A stretch of DNA of 64,000 nt from the human T2T-CHM13v2.0 reference genome, Homo sapiens, in the NCBI RefSeq assembly GCF_009914755.1, contig NC_060948.1; one strand, written 5' to 3'. Below the pieces are notes generated by a model that saw nothing but the letters and a program-made list of their open reading frames with translations, was not told the DNA's origin and searched no databases. Numbering within the stretch: position 1 is the first letter of the stretch; each line of letters starts with the position of its first letter. Of the stretch, positions 28,482 to 42,657 are shown in pieces. The translations under genes were made by a program, and so were the position numbers.

Positions 28482-31400
28482 AATCCAAAATCATTGACTG
28501 GAAAGGCTGGGAGTCGAAAGGAATTGACTCCAATGGAATGGAATCAAATGGAATGGAAGTGAATAGAATCGAACTAAATCGAATGGAATGGAATTGATAG
28601 GAACGGAATGGAAAGGAATGCAATGATTTGGCATGGAATGGAATCGAATGGCATCGAATGGAATGGAATGGAATGCAATGGAATGGAATATATTAGAATG
28701 TAATGAACTTTAATGGAATGTACTCGAATGGATTCGACTGGAATGGAATGTTCTGGAAGTGAATGGACTCCAATGGAATGGATTCAAAAGGAATGGAATC
28801 GTACGGAATGGAATCTAATGGAATGGAATTAAATGGAAATGAATCAAATTGAATAGCACGGAATTGAATTGAATGGAATGGAATGCAATGGAATCTAATG
28901 AAACGGAAAGGAAAGGAATGGAATGGAATGGAATGGGCTGGAATGGAAAGGAATCGAAACGAATGGAATGGAATCGAACTGAAGAGACTGGAATGGAATG
29001 CACTGGAATGGAAGGGAGTGTAATGGAAGGTTCTCGAAAAAAATGGAATCGAATGGAATGGAATTGAATGGAACGGAATAGAGTCGAATGGAATTGAATG
29101 GAATGGAATGGACTAGAGTGAAATGGAATCGAACCACAAGGAATGGACAGGAATAGAATGGTCTCGAATTGAATGGAATCGTATGGAATGGCATCAAACG
29201 GAATGGAATGGACAGCCACGGAATGGAATGCACTCGAATGCAATGGAGTCGAAACTAATGGACTGGAATAGAATGGACTCGACTGGTACGGACTCCAATG
29301 GAATGGAATCGAATGGAAGGGAATCGAACGGAATGGACTCGAAGGGAAAAGACTGCAATGGAAAGGTCTCGAATGGAATGGAAATTAATGGAATGGAATG
29401 GAATCGAATGAAAAGGAGTCAAAAGGAATGGAATCGAATGGCAAGAAATCGAATGTAATGGAATCGCAAGGAATTGATGTGAACGGAACGGAATGGAATG
29501 GAATCCAAAGGAATGGAATAGAATGGAATGGAATCGAATGGAAAGGACTCGAATGGAAATCACTCGAATAGAATGCAATTTAATAAAATAGGATCAAATG
29601 TAATGGAATGGAATGGAAAGGAATCGAAACGAAAGGAATGGAGACAGATGGAATGGAATGGAACAGAGAGCAATGGTATAGAATGGAATGGAATCATGTG
29701 GAATGGAATTGAATGGAATGGAATAATATGAAATGGAATGGAATGGAATGCCCTTGAATTAAATGGACTGGAATGGAATGGACTCGAACAGAGTGGAATG
29801 GAAAGTGTTGAGATAGAATGGAATGGACTCCTTTGGAATGGTGTAGTATGCAATGCAATCGACTGGCCGGGAATCAAAAGGAATGTAATGGAATGGATTG
29901 GACTGGAATGCAATGGACTCGAATAGATTGGAAACGGAATGCAAAGGAATGGAATGGAATAGTATGGAATGGAATGGAAAGGAATGGAGTGGAATAGACT
30001 AGAGTGGAATGGAATGGACTGGAAAGCAATGGACTGGAATGGAACATTCTTGAATGGACTGGAATCAAACGGAATGGAATGCAATGCAATCAAATGGCAT
30101 GGAATAAAATAGAATGAAAGAGAATCAAATGGAATTGAATCGAATGGAATCGAATGGATTGGAAAGGAATAGAATGGAATGGAATGGAATTGACTCAAAT
30201 GGAATGGACTAGAATGGAATGGATTCGAATGGAAGGCAAAGGAATGGAATCTATTGGAATGGACTGTAATGGAATGGAATGGAAGGGATTGGAATGGACT
30301 CGAATGGAATGGACTGCAATAGAAAGGATTCGAATGGAATGAAAAAGAATTGAATGGAATAGAACAGAATGGAATCAAATCGAATGAAATGGAATGGAAT
30401 AGAAAGGAATGGAAAGGATTCGAATGGAATGCAATCGAATGGAATGGAATCGAACGGAATGGAATAAAATGGAAGAAAACTGGCAAGAAATGGAATCGAA
30501 ATGAATGGAGTGTTATGGAACGGACTCAAAAGGAATTGAATGTAATAGAATGGAGTGGAGTGGATTCGAATATAATGGACTGGAATGGAATGAAATCACA
30601 TGGAATGGGAACGAATGGAATGGAATGGAAAGGAATGGAATCGAATGGAAAGGAATCGAATGGAAGGGAATGAAATTGAATCAACAGGAATGGAAGGGAA
30701 TAGAATAGACGGTAATGGAATGGACTCGAATAGAATGGACACGAATGCTCAAATTGAATGGACTCGAGTGGAATGGAAACGAAAGGAATGTCATCGAATG
30801 GAATTGAATCGATTGGAATGAAATCGCATAGAATGGAGTGGAATCAAATGGAATTGAATCGAAAGGAAAGGAAGCGAATGGACTGAAATGAAATGGAATG
30901 GAATTGAATGGAAAGTAATGCAATGGAATAGAATGGAACGAAATTTCACGGAATGGAATCAAACTGAATGGAATCAAATCAATGGAATCAAATCAAATGG
31001 AATGGAAAGGAATTGAATGGAGTAGATTGGATTGGATGGGATTGGAATGAAATGTACTGGAAAGGACTCGAATTTCATGAAACGGAATGGAATGAATTGG
31101 AACGGAATGGACTCGAATGGAATGGAATGTCATGGAATGGCATCAAATGGAATGGCATCAAATGGAATGGAATCGAATGCAATGGAATGCTATGGAATGG
31201 AATGGAATGCATTGGAATGGAATGTCCTCTAATGGAATGGATTCGAGTGGAATGGAATCGAATATAATGGAGTCGAATGAAATGGAATTGAAAGGAATGG
31301 GATCGAATACAATGGAATATACTGGAATGTAATGTAATGAACTCGAATGTAATTGACTGGAATGGAATGTACATGAATGGAATGTAATCGAATGGAAAGT

Positions 31401-32020
31401 AATCCAATGGAATAGAATCTAATGCAATAAAATCGACTCAGATAGAGTAGAATGTAATGGAATGGAGTGCAGTGCAATGGAATGGAATGGAATGGAATGC
31501 AATGGAATGGAATGGAATGGAATGGAATGGAATGGAATGGGATGGGTTGGAATGGTATGGAATGGATAGTAATGGACTGGAGTGAAATGGACTGGAAAGG
31601 AATGGACTCAAATTGAAAGGGCTCGAAAGGAATGGAGCCAAATGGAATGGTCTGGAATGGAATGAACACGAATGTAATGCAATCCAATAGAATGGAATCG
31701 AATGGCATGGAATATAAAGAAATGGAATCGAAGAGAATGGAAAAAAATGGAATGGAATTGAATGGAATGGAATTGAATGGAATGGGAACGAATGGAGTGA
31801 AATTTTATGCAGCAGAAAGGAATAGAATGGAATGCAAGCGAAAGGAAAGGAATGGATTGGAATGGAATGGAATTCATTGGAATGGAAGGGAATGTAGTGT
31901 AATGGACAGGCCTGGAATAAAGTGGAATGCTACGGTCTCGAATGGAATAAAAATGTATGGAATGGAATGCAATGAAACGGAATCGAATGTCATAGAATGT
32001 AATGGAATGCAAAAAAATGG
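28482..32020 (+). repeat. DYZ1 unit U9 (3539 bp)
   Basis: Anchor spacing; GGCCGG variant at 29865; 15-bp deletion near 30410. Confidence 0.92.
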
Positions 32021-35000
32021 AATCCAAAATCATTGACTGGAAAGGCTGGGTGTCGAAAGGAATTGACTCCAATGGAATGGAATCGAATGGAATGGAAGTG
32101 AATAGAATCGAACTAAATCGAATGGAATGGAATTGATAGGAACGGAATGGAAAGGAATGCAATGATTTGGCATGGAATGGAATCGAATGGCATCGAATGG
32201 AATGGAATGGAATGCAATGGAATGGAATGTATTAGAATGTAATGAACTTTAATGGAATGTACTCGAATGGATTCGACTGGAATGGAATGTTCCGGAAGTG
32301 AATGGACTCCAATGGAATGGATTCAAAAGGAATGGAATCGTACGGAATGGAATCTAATGGAATGGAATTAAATGGAAATGAATCAAATTGAATAGCACGG
32401 AATTGAATTGAATGGAATCGAATGCAATGGAATCTAATGAAACGGAAAGGAAAGGAATGGAATGGAACGGAATGGGCTGGAATGGAAAGGAATCGAAACG
32501 AATGGAATGGAATCGAACTGAAGAGACTGGAATGGAATGCACTGGAATGGAAGGGAGTGTAATGGAAGGTTCTCGAAAAAAATGGAATCGAATGGAATGG
32601 AATTGAATGGAACGGAATAGAGTCGAATGGAATTGAATGGAATGGAATGGACTAGAGTGAAATGGAATCGAACCACAAGGAATGGACAGGAATAGAATGG
32701 TCTCGAATTGAATGGAATCGTATGGAATGACATCAAACGGAATGGAATGGACACCCACGGAATGGAATGCACTCGAATGCAATGGAGTCGAAACTAATGG
32801 ACTGGAATAGAATGGACTCGACTGGTACGGACTCCAATGGAATGGAATCGAATGGAAGGGAATCGAACGGAATGGACTCGAAGGGAAAAGACTGCAATGG
32901 AAAGGTCTCGAATGGAATGGAAATTAATGGAATGGAATGGAATCGAATGAAATGGAGTCAAAAGGAATGGAATCGAATGGCAAGAAATCGAATGTAATGG
33001 AATCGCAAGGAATTGATGTGAACGGAACGGAATGGAATGGAATCCAAAGGAATGGAATAGAATGGAATGGAATCGAATGGAAAGGACTCGAATGGAAATC
33101 ACTCGAATAGAATGCAATTTAATAAAATAGGATCAAATGTAATGGAATGGAATGGAAAGGAATCGAAACGAAAGGAATGGAGACAGATGGAATGGAATGG
33201 AACAGAGAGCAATGGTATAGAATGGAATGGAATCATGTGGAATGGAATTGAATGGAATGGAATAATATGAAATGGAATGGAATGGAATGCCCTTGAATTA
33301 AATGGACTGGAATGGAATGGACTCGAACAGAGTGGAATGGAAAGTGTTGAGATAGAATGGAATGGACTCCTTTGGAATGGTGTAGTATGCAATGCAATCG
33401 ACTGGCCGGGAATCAAAAGGAATGTAATGGAATGGATTGGACTGGAATGCAATGGACTCGAATAGATTGGAAACGGAATGCAAAGGAATGGAATGGAATA
33501 GTATGGAATGGAATGGAAAGGAATGGAGTGGAATAGACTAGAGTGGAATGGAATGGACTGGAAAGCAATGGACTGGAATGGAACATTCTTGAATGGACTG
33601 GAATCAAACGGAATGGAATGCAATGCAATCAAATGGCATGGAATAAAATAGAATGAAAGAGAATCAAATGGAATTGAATCGAATGGAATCGAATGGATTG
33701 GAAAGGAATAGAATGGAATGGAATGGAATTGACTCAAATGGAATGGACTAGAATGGAATGGATTCGAATGGAAGGCAAAGGAATGGAATCTATTGGAATG
33801 GACTGTAATGGAATGGAATGGAAGGGATTGGAATGGACTCGAATGGAGTGGACTGCAATAGAAAGGATTCGAATGGAATGAAAAAGAATTGAATGGAATA
33901 GAACAGAATGGAATCAAATCGAATGAAATGGAATGGAATAGAAAGGAATGGAATGAAATGGAATGGAAAGGATTCGAATGGAATGCAATCGAATGGAATG
34001 GAATCGAACGGAATGGAATAAAATGGAAGAAAACTGGCAAGAAATGGAATCGAAATGAATGGAGTGTTATGGAACGGACTCAAAAGGAATTGAATGTAAT
34101 AGAATGGAGTGGAGTGGACTCGAATATAATGGACTGGAATGGAATGAAATCACATGGAATGGGAACGAATGGAATGGAATGGAAAAGAATGGAATCGAAT
34201 GGAAAGGAATCGAATGGAAGGGAATGAAATTGAATCAACAGGAATGGAAGGGAATAGAATAGATGGTAATGGAATGGACTCGAATAGAATGGACACGAAT
34301 GCTCAAATTGAATGGACTCGAATGGAATGGAAACGAAAGGAATGTCATCGAATGGAATTGAATCGATTGGAATGAAATCGCATAGAATGGAGTGGAATCA
34401 AATGGAATTGAATCGAAAGGAAAGGAAGCGAATGGACTGAAATGAAATGGAATGGAATTGAATGGAAAGTAATGCAATGGAATAGAATGGAACGAAATTT
34501 CACGGAATGGAATCAAACTGAATGGAATCAAATCAATGGAATCAAATTAAATGGAATGGAAAGGAATTGAATGGAGTAGATTGGATTGGATGAGATTGGA
34601 ATGAAATGAACTGGAAAGGACTCGAATTTCATGAAACGGAATGGAATGAATTGGAATGGAATGGACTCGAATGGAATGGAATGTCATGGAATGGCATCAA
34701 ATGGAATGGCATCAAATGGAATGGAATCGAATGCAATGGAATGCTACGGAATGGAATGGAATGCATTGGAATGGAATGTCCTCTAATGGAATGGATTCGA
34801 GTGGAATGGAATCGAATATAATGGAGTCGAATGAAATGGAATTGAAAGGAATGGGATCGAATACAATGGAATATACTGGAATGTAATGTAATGAACTCGA
34901 ATGTAATTGACTGGAATGGAATGTACATGAATGGAATGTAATCGAATGGAAAGTAATCCAATGGAATAGAATCTAATGCAATAAAATCGACTCAGATAGA

Positions 35001-35569
35001 GTAGAATGTAATGGAATGGAGTGCAGTGCAATGGAATGGAATGGAATGGAATGGAATGCAATGGAATGGAATGGAATGGAATGGAATGTGATGGGATGGA
35101 ATGGTATGGAATGGATAGTAATGGACTGGAGTGAAATGGACTGGAAAGGAATGGACTCAAATTGAAAGGGCTCGAAAGGAATGGAGCCAAATGGAATGGT
35201 CTGGAATGGAATGAACACGAATGTAATGCAATCCAATAGAATGGAATCGAATGGCATGGAATATAAAGAAATGGAATCGAAGAGAATGGAAAAAAATGGA
35301 ATGGAATTGAATGGAATGGAATTGAATGGAATGGGAACGAATGGAGTGAAATTTTATGCAGCAGAAAGGAATAGAATGGAATGCAAGCGAAAGGAAAGGA
35401 ATGGATTGGAATGGAATGGAATTCATTGGAATGGAAGGGAATGTAGTGTAATGGACAGGCCTGGAATAAAGTGGAATGCTACGGTCTCGAATGGAATAAA
35501 AATGTATGGAATGGAATGCAATGAAACGGAATCGAATGTCATAGAATGTAATGGAATGCAAAAAAATGG
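32021..35569 (+). repeat. DYZ1 unit U10 (3549 bp)
   Basis: Anchor spacing; nearly identical to U11. Confidence 0.92.
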
Positions 35570-38500
35570 AATCCAAAATCATTGACTGGAAAGGCTGGGT
35601 GTCGAAAGGAATTGACTCCAATGGAATGGAATCGAATGGAATGGAAGTGAATAGAATCGAACTAAATCGAATGGAATGGAATTGATAGGAACGGAATGGA
35701 AAGGAATGCAATGATTTGGCATGGAATGGAATCGAATGGCATCGAATGGAATGGAATGGAATGCAATGGAATGGAATGTATTAGAATGTAATGAACTTTA
35801 ATGGAATGTACTCGAATGGATTCGACTGGAATGGAATGTTCCGGAAGTGAATGGACTCCAATGGAATGGATTCAAAAGGAATGGAATCGTACGGAATGGA
35901 ATCTAATGGAATGGAATTAAATGGAAATGAATCAAATTGAATAGCACGGAATTGAATTGAATGGAATCGAATGCAATGGAATCTAATGAAACGGAAAGGA
36001 AAGGAATGGAATGGAACGGAATGGGCTGGAATGGAAAGGAATCGAAACGAATGGAATGGAATCGAACTGAAGAGACTGGAATGGAATGCACTGGAATGGA
36101 AGGGAGTGTAATGGAAGGTTCTCGAAAAAAATGGAATCGAATGGAATGGAATTGAATGGAACGGAATAGAGTCGAATGGAATTGAATGGAATGGAATGGA
36201 CTAGAGTGAAATGGAATCGAACCACAAGGAATGGACAGGAATAGAATGGTCTCGAATTGAATGGAATCGTATGGAATGACATCAAACGGAATGGAATGGA
36301 CACCCACGGAATGGAATGCACTCGAATGCAATGGAGTCGAAACTAATGGACTGGAATAGAATGGACTCGACTGGTACGGACTCCAATGGAATGGAATCGA
36401 ATGGAAGGGAATCGAACGGAATGGACTCGAAGGGAAAAGACTGCAATGGAAAGGTCTCGAATGGAATGGAAATTAATGGAATGGAATGGAATCGAATGAA
36501 ATGGAGTCAAAAGGAATGGAATCGAATGGCAAGAAATCGAATGTAATGGAATCGCAAGGAATTGATGTGAACGGAACGGAATGGAATGGAATCCAAAGGA
36601 ATGGAATAGAATGGAATGGAATCGAATGGAAAGGACTCGAATGGAAATCACTCGAATAGAATGCAATTTAATAAAATAGGATCAAATGTAATGGAATGGA
36701 ATGGAAAGGAATCGAAACGAAAGGAATGGAGACAGATGGAATGGAATGGAACAGAGAGCAATGGTATAGAATGGAATGGAATCATGTGGAATGGAATTGA
36801 ATGGAATGGAATAATATGAAATGGAATGGAATGGAATGCCCTTGAATTAAATGGACTGGAATGGAATGGACTCGAACAGAGTGGAATGGAAAGTGTTGAG
36901 ATAGAATGGAATGGACTCCTTTGGAATGGTGTAGTATGCAATGCAATCGACTGGCCGGGAATCAAAAGGAATGTAATGGAATGGATTGGACTGGAATGCA
37001 ATGGACTCGAATAGATTGGAAAGGGAATGCAAAGGAATGGAATGGAATAGTATGGAATGGAATGGAAAGGAATGGAGTGGAATAGACTAGAGTGGAATGG
37101 AATGGACTGGAAAGCAATGGACTGGAATGGAACATTCTTGAATGGACTGGAATCAAACGGAATGGAATGCAATGCAATCAAATGGCATGGAATAAAATAG
37201 AATGAAAGAGAATCAAATGGAATTGAATCGAATGGAATCGAATGGATTGGAAAGGAATAGAATGGAATGGAATGGAATTGACTCAAATGGAATGGACTAG
37301 AATGGAATGGATTCGAATGGAAGGCAAAGGAATGGAATCTATTGGAATGGACTGTAATGGAATGGAATGGAAGGGATTGGAATGGACTCGAATGGAATGG
37401 ACTGCAATAGAAAGGATTCGAATGGAATGAAAAAGAATTGAATGGAATAGAACAGAATGGAATCAAATCGAATGAAATGGAATGGAATAGAAAGGAATGG
37501 AATGAAATGGAATGGAAAGGATTCGAATGGAATGCAATCGAATGGAATGGAATCGAACGGAATGGAATAAAATGGAAGAAAACTGGCAAGAAATGGAATC
37601 GAAATGAATGGAGTGTTATGGAACGGACTCAAAAGGAATTGAATGTAATAGAATGGAGTGGAGTGGACTCGAATATAATGGACTGGAATGGAATGAAATC
37701 ACATGGAATGGGAACGAATGGAATGGAATGGAAAAGAATGGAATCGAATGGAAAGGAATCGAATGGAAGGGAATGAAATTGAATCAACAGGAATGGAAGG
37801 GAATAGAATAGATGGTAATGGAATGGACTCGAATAGAATGGACACGAATGCTCAAATTGAATGGACTCGAATGGAATGGAAACGAAAGGAATGTCATCGA
37901 ATGGAATTGAATCGATTGGAATGAAATCGCATAGAATGGAGTGGAATCAAATGGAATTGAATCGAAAGGAAAGGAAGCGAATGGACTGAAATGAAATGGA
38001 ATGGAATTGAATGGAAAGTAATGCAATGGAATAGAATGGAACGAAATTTCACGGAATGGAATCAAACTGAATGGAATCAAATCAATGGAATCAAATTAAA
38101 TGGAATGGAAAGGAATTGAATGGAGTAGATTGGATTGGATGAGATTGGAATGAAATGAACTGGAAAGGACTCGAATTTCATGAAACGGAATGGAATGAAT
38201 TGGAATGGAATGGACTCGAATGGAATGGAATGTCATGGAATGGCATCAAATGGAATGGCATCAAATGGAATGGAATCGAATGCAATGGAATGCTACGGAA
38301 TGGAATGGAATGCATTGGAATGGAATGTCCTCTAATGGAATGGATTCGAGTGGAATGGAATCGAATATAATGGAGTCGAATGAAATGGAATTGAAAGGAA
38401 TGGGATCGAATACAATGGAATATACTGGAATGTAATGTAATGAACTCGAATGTAATTGACTGGAATGGAATGTACATGAATGGAATGTAATCGAATGGAA

Positions 38501-39118
38501 AGTAATCCAATGGAATAGAATCTAATGCAATAAAATCGACTCAGATAGAGTAGAATGTAATGGAATGGAGTGCAGTGCAATGGAATGGAATGGAATGGAA
38601 TGGAATGCAATGGAATGGAATGGAATGGAATGGAATGTGATGGGATGGAATGGTATGGAATGGATAGTAATGGACTGGAGTGAAATGGACTGGAAAGGAA
38701 TGGACTCAAATTGAAAGGGCTCGAAAGGAATGGAGTCAAATGGAATGGTCTGGAATGGAATGAACACGAATGTAATGCAATCCAATAGAATGGAATCGAA
38801 TGGCATGGAATATAAAGAAATGGAATCGAAGAGAATGGAAACAAATGGAATGGAATTGAATGGAATGGAATTGAATGGAATGGGAACGAATGGAGTGAAA
38901 TTGTATGCAGTAGAAGGGAATAGAATGGAATGCAAGCGAAAGGAAAGGAATGGATTGGAATGGAATGGAATTCATTGGAATGGAAGGGAATGTAGTGTAA
39001 TGGACAGGCCTGGAATAAAGTGGAATGCTACGGTCTCGAATGGAATAAAAATGTATGGAATGGAATGCAATGAAACGGAATCGAATGTCATAGAATGTAA
39101 TGGAATGCAAAAAAATGG
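35570..39118 (+). repeat. DYZ1 unit U11 (3549 bp)
   Basis: Anchor spacing; nearly identical to U10 over its first ~3.1 kb. Confidence 0.92.
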
Positions 39119-42100
39119 AATCCAAAATCATTGACTGGAAAGGCTGGGTGTCGAAAGGAATTGACTCCAATGGAATGGAATCGAATGGAATGGAAGTGAA
39201 TAGAATCGAACTAAATCGAATGGAATGGAATTGATAGGAACGGAATGGAAAGGAATGCAATGATTTGGCATGGAATGGAATCGAATGGCATCGAATGGAA
39301 TGGAATGGAATGCAATGGAATGGAATGTATTAGAATGTAATGAACTTTAATGGAATGTACTCGAATGGATTCGACTGGAATGGAATGTTCTCGAAGTGAA
39401 TGGACTCCAATGGAATGGATTCCAAAGGAATGGAATCGTACGGAATGGAATCTAATGGAATGGAATTAAATGGAAATGAATCAAATTGAATAGCACGGAA
39501 TTGAATTGAATGGAATGGAATGCAATGGAATCTAATGAAACGGAAAGGAAAGGAATGGAATGGAATGGAATGGGCTGGAATGGAAAGGAATCGAAACGAA
39601 TGGAATGGAATCGAACTGAAGAGACTGGAATGGAATGCACTGGAATGGAAGGGAGTGTAATGGAAGGTTCTCGAAAAAAATGGAATGGAATGGAATGGAA
39701 TTGAATGGAACGGAATAGAGTCGAATGGAATTGAATGGAATGGAATGGACTAGAGTGAAATGGAATCGAACCACAAGGAATGGACAGGAATAGAATGGTC
39801 TCGAATTGAATGGAATCGTATGGAATGGCATCAAACGGAATGGAATGGACAGCCACGGAATGGAATGCACTCGAATGCAATGGAGTCGAAACTAATGGAC
39901 TGGAATAGAATGGACTCGACTGGTACGGACTCCAATGGAATGGAATCGAATGGAAGGGAATCGAACGGAATGGACTCGAAGGGAAAAGACTGCAATGGAA
40001 AGGTCTCGAATGGAATGGAAATTAATGGAATGGAATGGAATCGAATGAAATGGAGTCAAAAGGAATGGAATCGAATGGCAAGAAATCGAATGTAATGGAA
40101 TCGCAAGGAATTGATGTGAACGGAACGGAATGGAATGGAATCCAAAGGAATGGAACAGAATGGAATGGAATCGAATGGAAAGGACTCGAATGGAAATCAC
40201 TCGAATAGAATGCAATTTAATAAAATAGGATCAAATGTAATGGAATGGAATGGAAAGGAATCGAAACGAAAGGAATGGAGACAGATGGAATGGAATGGAA
40301 CAGAGAGCAATGGTATAGAATGGAATGGAATCATCTGGAATGGAATTGAATGGAATGGAATAATATGAAATGGAATGGAATGGAATGGAATGCCCTTGAA
40401 TTAAATGGACTGGAATGGAATGGACTCGAACAGAGTGGAATGGAAAGTGTTGAGATAGAATGGAATGGACTCCTTTGGAATGGTGTAGTATGCAATGCAA
40501 TCGACTGGCAGGGAATCAAAAGGAATGTAATGGAATGGATTGGACTGGAATGCAATGGACTCGAATAGATTGGAAACGGAATGCAAAGGAATGGAATGGA
40601 ATAGTATGGAATGGAATGGAAAGGAATGGAGTGGAATAGACTAGAGTGGAATGGAATGGACTGGAAAGCAATGGACTGGAATGGAACTTTCTTGAATGGA
40701 CTGGAATCAAACGGAATGGAATGCAATGCAATCAAATGGCATGGAATAAAATAGAATGAAAGAGAATCAAATGGAATTGAATCGAATGGAATCGAATGGA
40801 TTGGAAAGGAATAGAATGGAATGGAATGGAATGGACTAGAATGGAATGGATTCGAATGGAAGGCAAAGGAATGGAATCTATTGGAATGGACTGTAATGGA
40901 ATGGAATGGAAGGGATTGGAATGGACTCGAATGGAATGGACTGCAATAGAAAAGATTCGAATGGAATGAAAAAGAATTGAATGGAATAGAACAGAATGGA
41001 ATCAAATCGAATGAAATGGAATGGAATAGAAAGGAATGGAATGAAATGGAATGGAAAGGATTCGAATGGAATGCAATCGAATGGAATGGAATCGAACGGA
41101 ATGGAATAAAATGGAAGAAAACTGGCAAGAAATGGAATCGAAATGAATGGAGTGTTATGGAACGGACTCAAAAGGAATTGAATGTAATAGAATGGAGTGG
41201 AGTGGATTCGAATATAATGGACTGGAATGGAATGAAATCACATGGAATGGGAACGAATGGAATGGAATGGAAAAGAATGGAATCGAATGGAAAGGATTCG
41301 AATGGAAGGGAATGAAATTGAATCAACAGGAATGGAAGGGAATAGAATAGACGGTAATGGAATGGACTCGAATAGAATGGACACGAATGCTCAAATTGAA
41401 TGGACTCGAATGGAATGGAAACGAAAGGAATGTCATCGAATGGAATTGAATCGATTGGAATGAAATCGCATAGAATGGAGTGGAATCAAATGGAATTGAA
41501 TCGAAAGGAAAGGAAGCGAATGGACTGAAATGAAATGGAATGGAATTGAATGGAAAGTAATGCAATGGAATAGAATGGAACGAAATTTCACGGAATGGAA
41601 TCAAACTGAATGGAATCAAATCAATGGAATCAAATCAAATGGAATGGAAAGGAATTGAATGGAGTAGATTGGATTGGATGGGATTGGAATGAAATGTACT
41701 GGAAAGGACTCGAATTTCATGAAACGGAATGGAATGAATTGGAACGGAATGGACTCGAATGGAATGGAATGTCATGGAATGGCATCAAATGGAATGGCAT
41801 CAAATGGAATGGAATCGAATGCAATGGAATGCTATGGAATGGAATGGAATGCATTGGAATGGAATGTCCTCTAATGGAATGGATTCGAGTGGAATGGAAT
41901 CGAATATAATGGAGTCGAATGAAATGGAATTGAAAGGAATGGGATCGAATACAATGGAATATACAGGAATGTAATGTAATGAACTCGAATGTAATTGACT
42001 GGAATGGAATGTACATGAATGGAATGTAATCGAATGGAAAGTAATCCAATGGAATAGAATCTAATGCAATAAAATCGACTCAGATAGAGTAGAATGTAAT

Positions 42101-42657
42101 GGAATGGAGTGCAGTGCAATGGAATGGAATGGAATGGAATGGAATGCAATGGAATGGAATGGAATGGAAAGGAATGTGATGGGATGGAATGGTATGGAAT
42201 GGATAGTAATGGACTGGAGTGAAATGGACTGGAAAGGAATGGACTCAAATTGAAAGGGCTCGAAAGGAATGGAGTCAAATGGAATGGTCTGGAATGGAAT
42301 GAACACGAATGTAATGCAATCCAATAGAATGGAATCGAATGGCATGGAATATAAAGAAATGGAATCGAAGAGAATGGAAACAAATGGAATGGAATTGAAT
42401 GGAATGGAATTGAATGGAATGGGAACGAATGGAGTGAAATTGTATGCAGTAGAAGGGAATAGAATGGAATGCAAGCGAAAGGAAAGGAATGGATTGGAAT
42501 GGAATGGAATTCATTGGAATGGAAGGGAATGTAGTGTAATGGACAGGCCTGGAATAAAGTGGAATGCTACGGTCTCGAATGGAATAAAAATGTATGGAAT
42601 GGAATGCAATGAAACGGAATCGAATGTCATAGAATGTAATGGAATGCAAAAAAATGG
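39119..42657 (+). repeat. DYZ1 unit U12 (3539 bp)
   Basis: Anchor spacing; lacks the TGACTCAAAT module. Confidence 0.92.
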
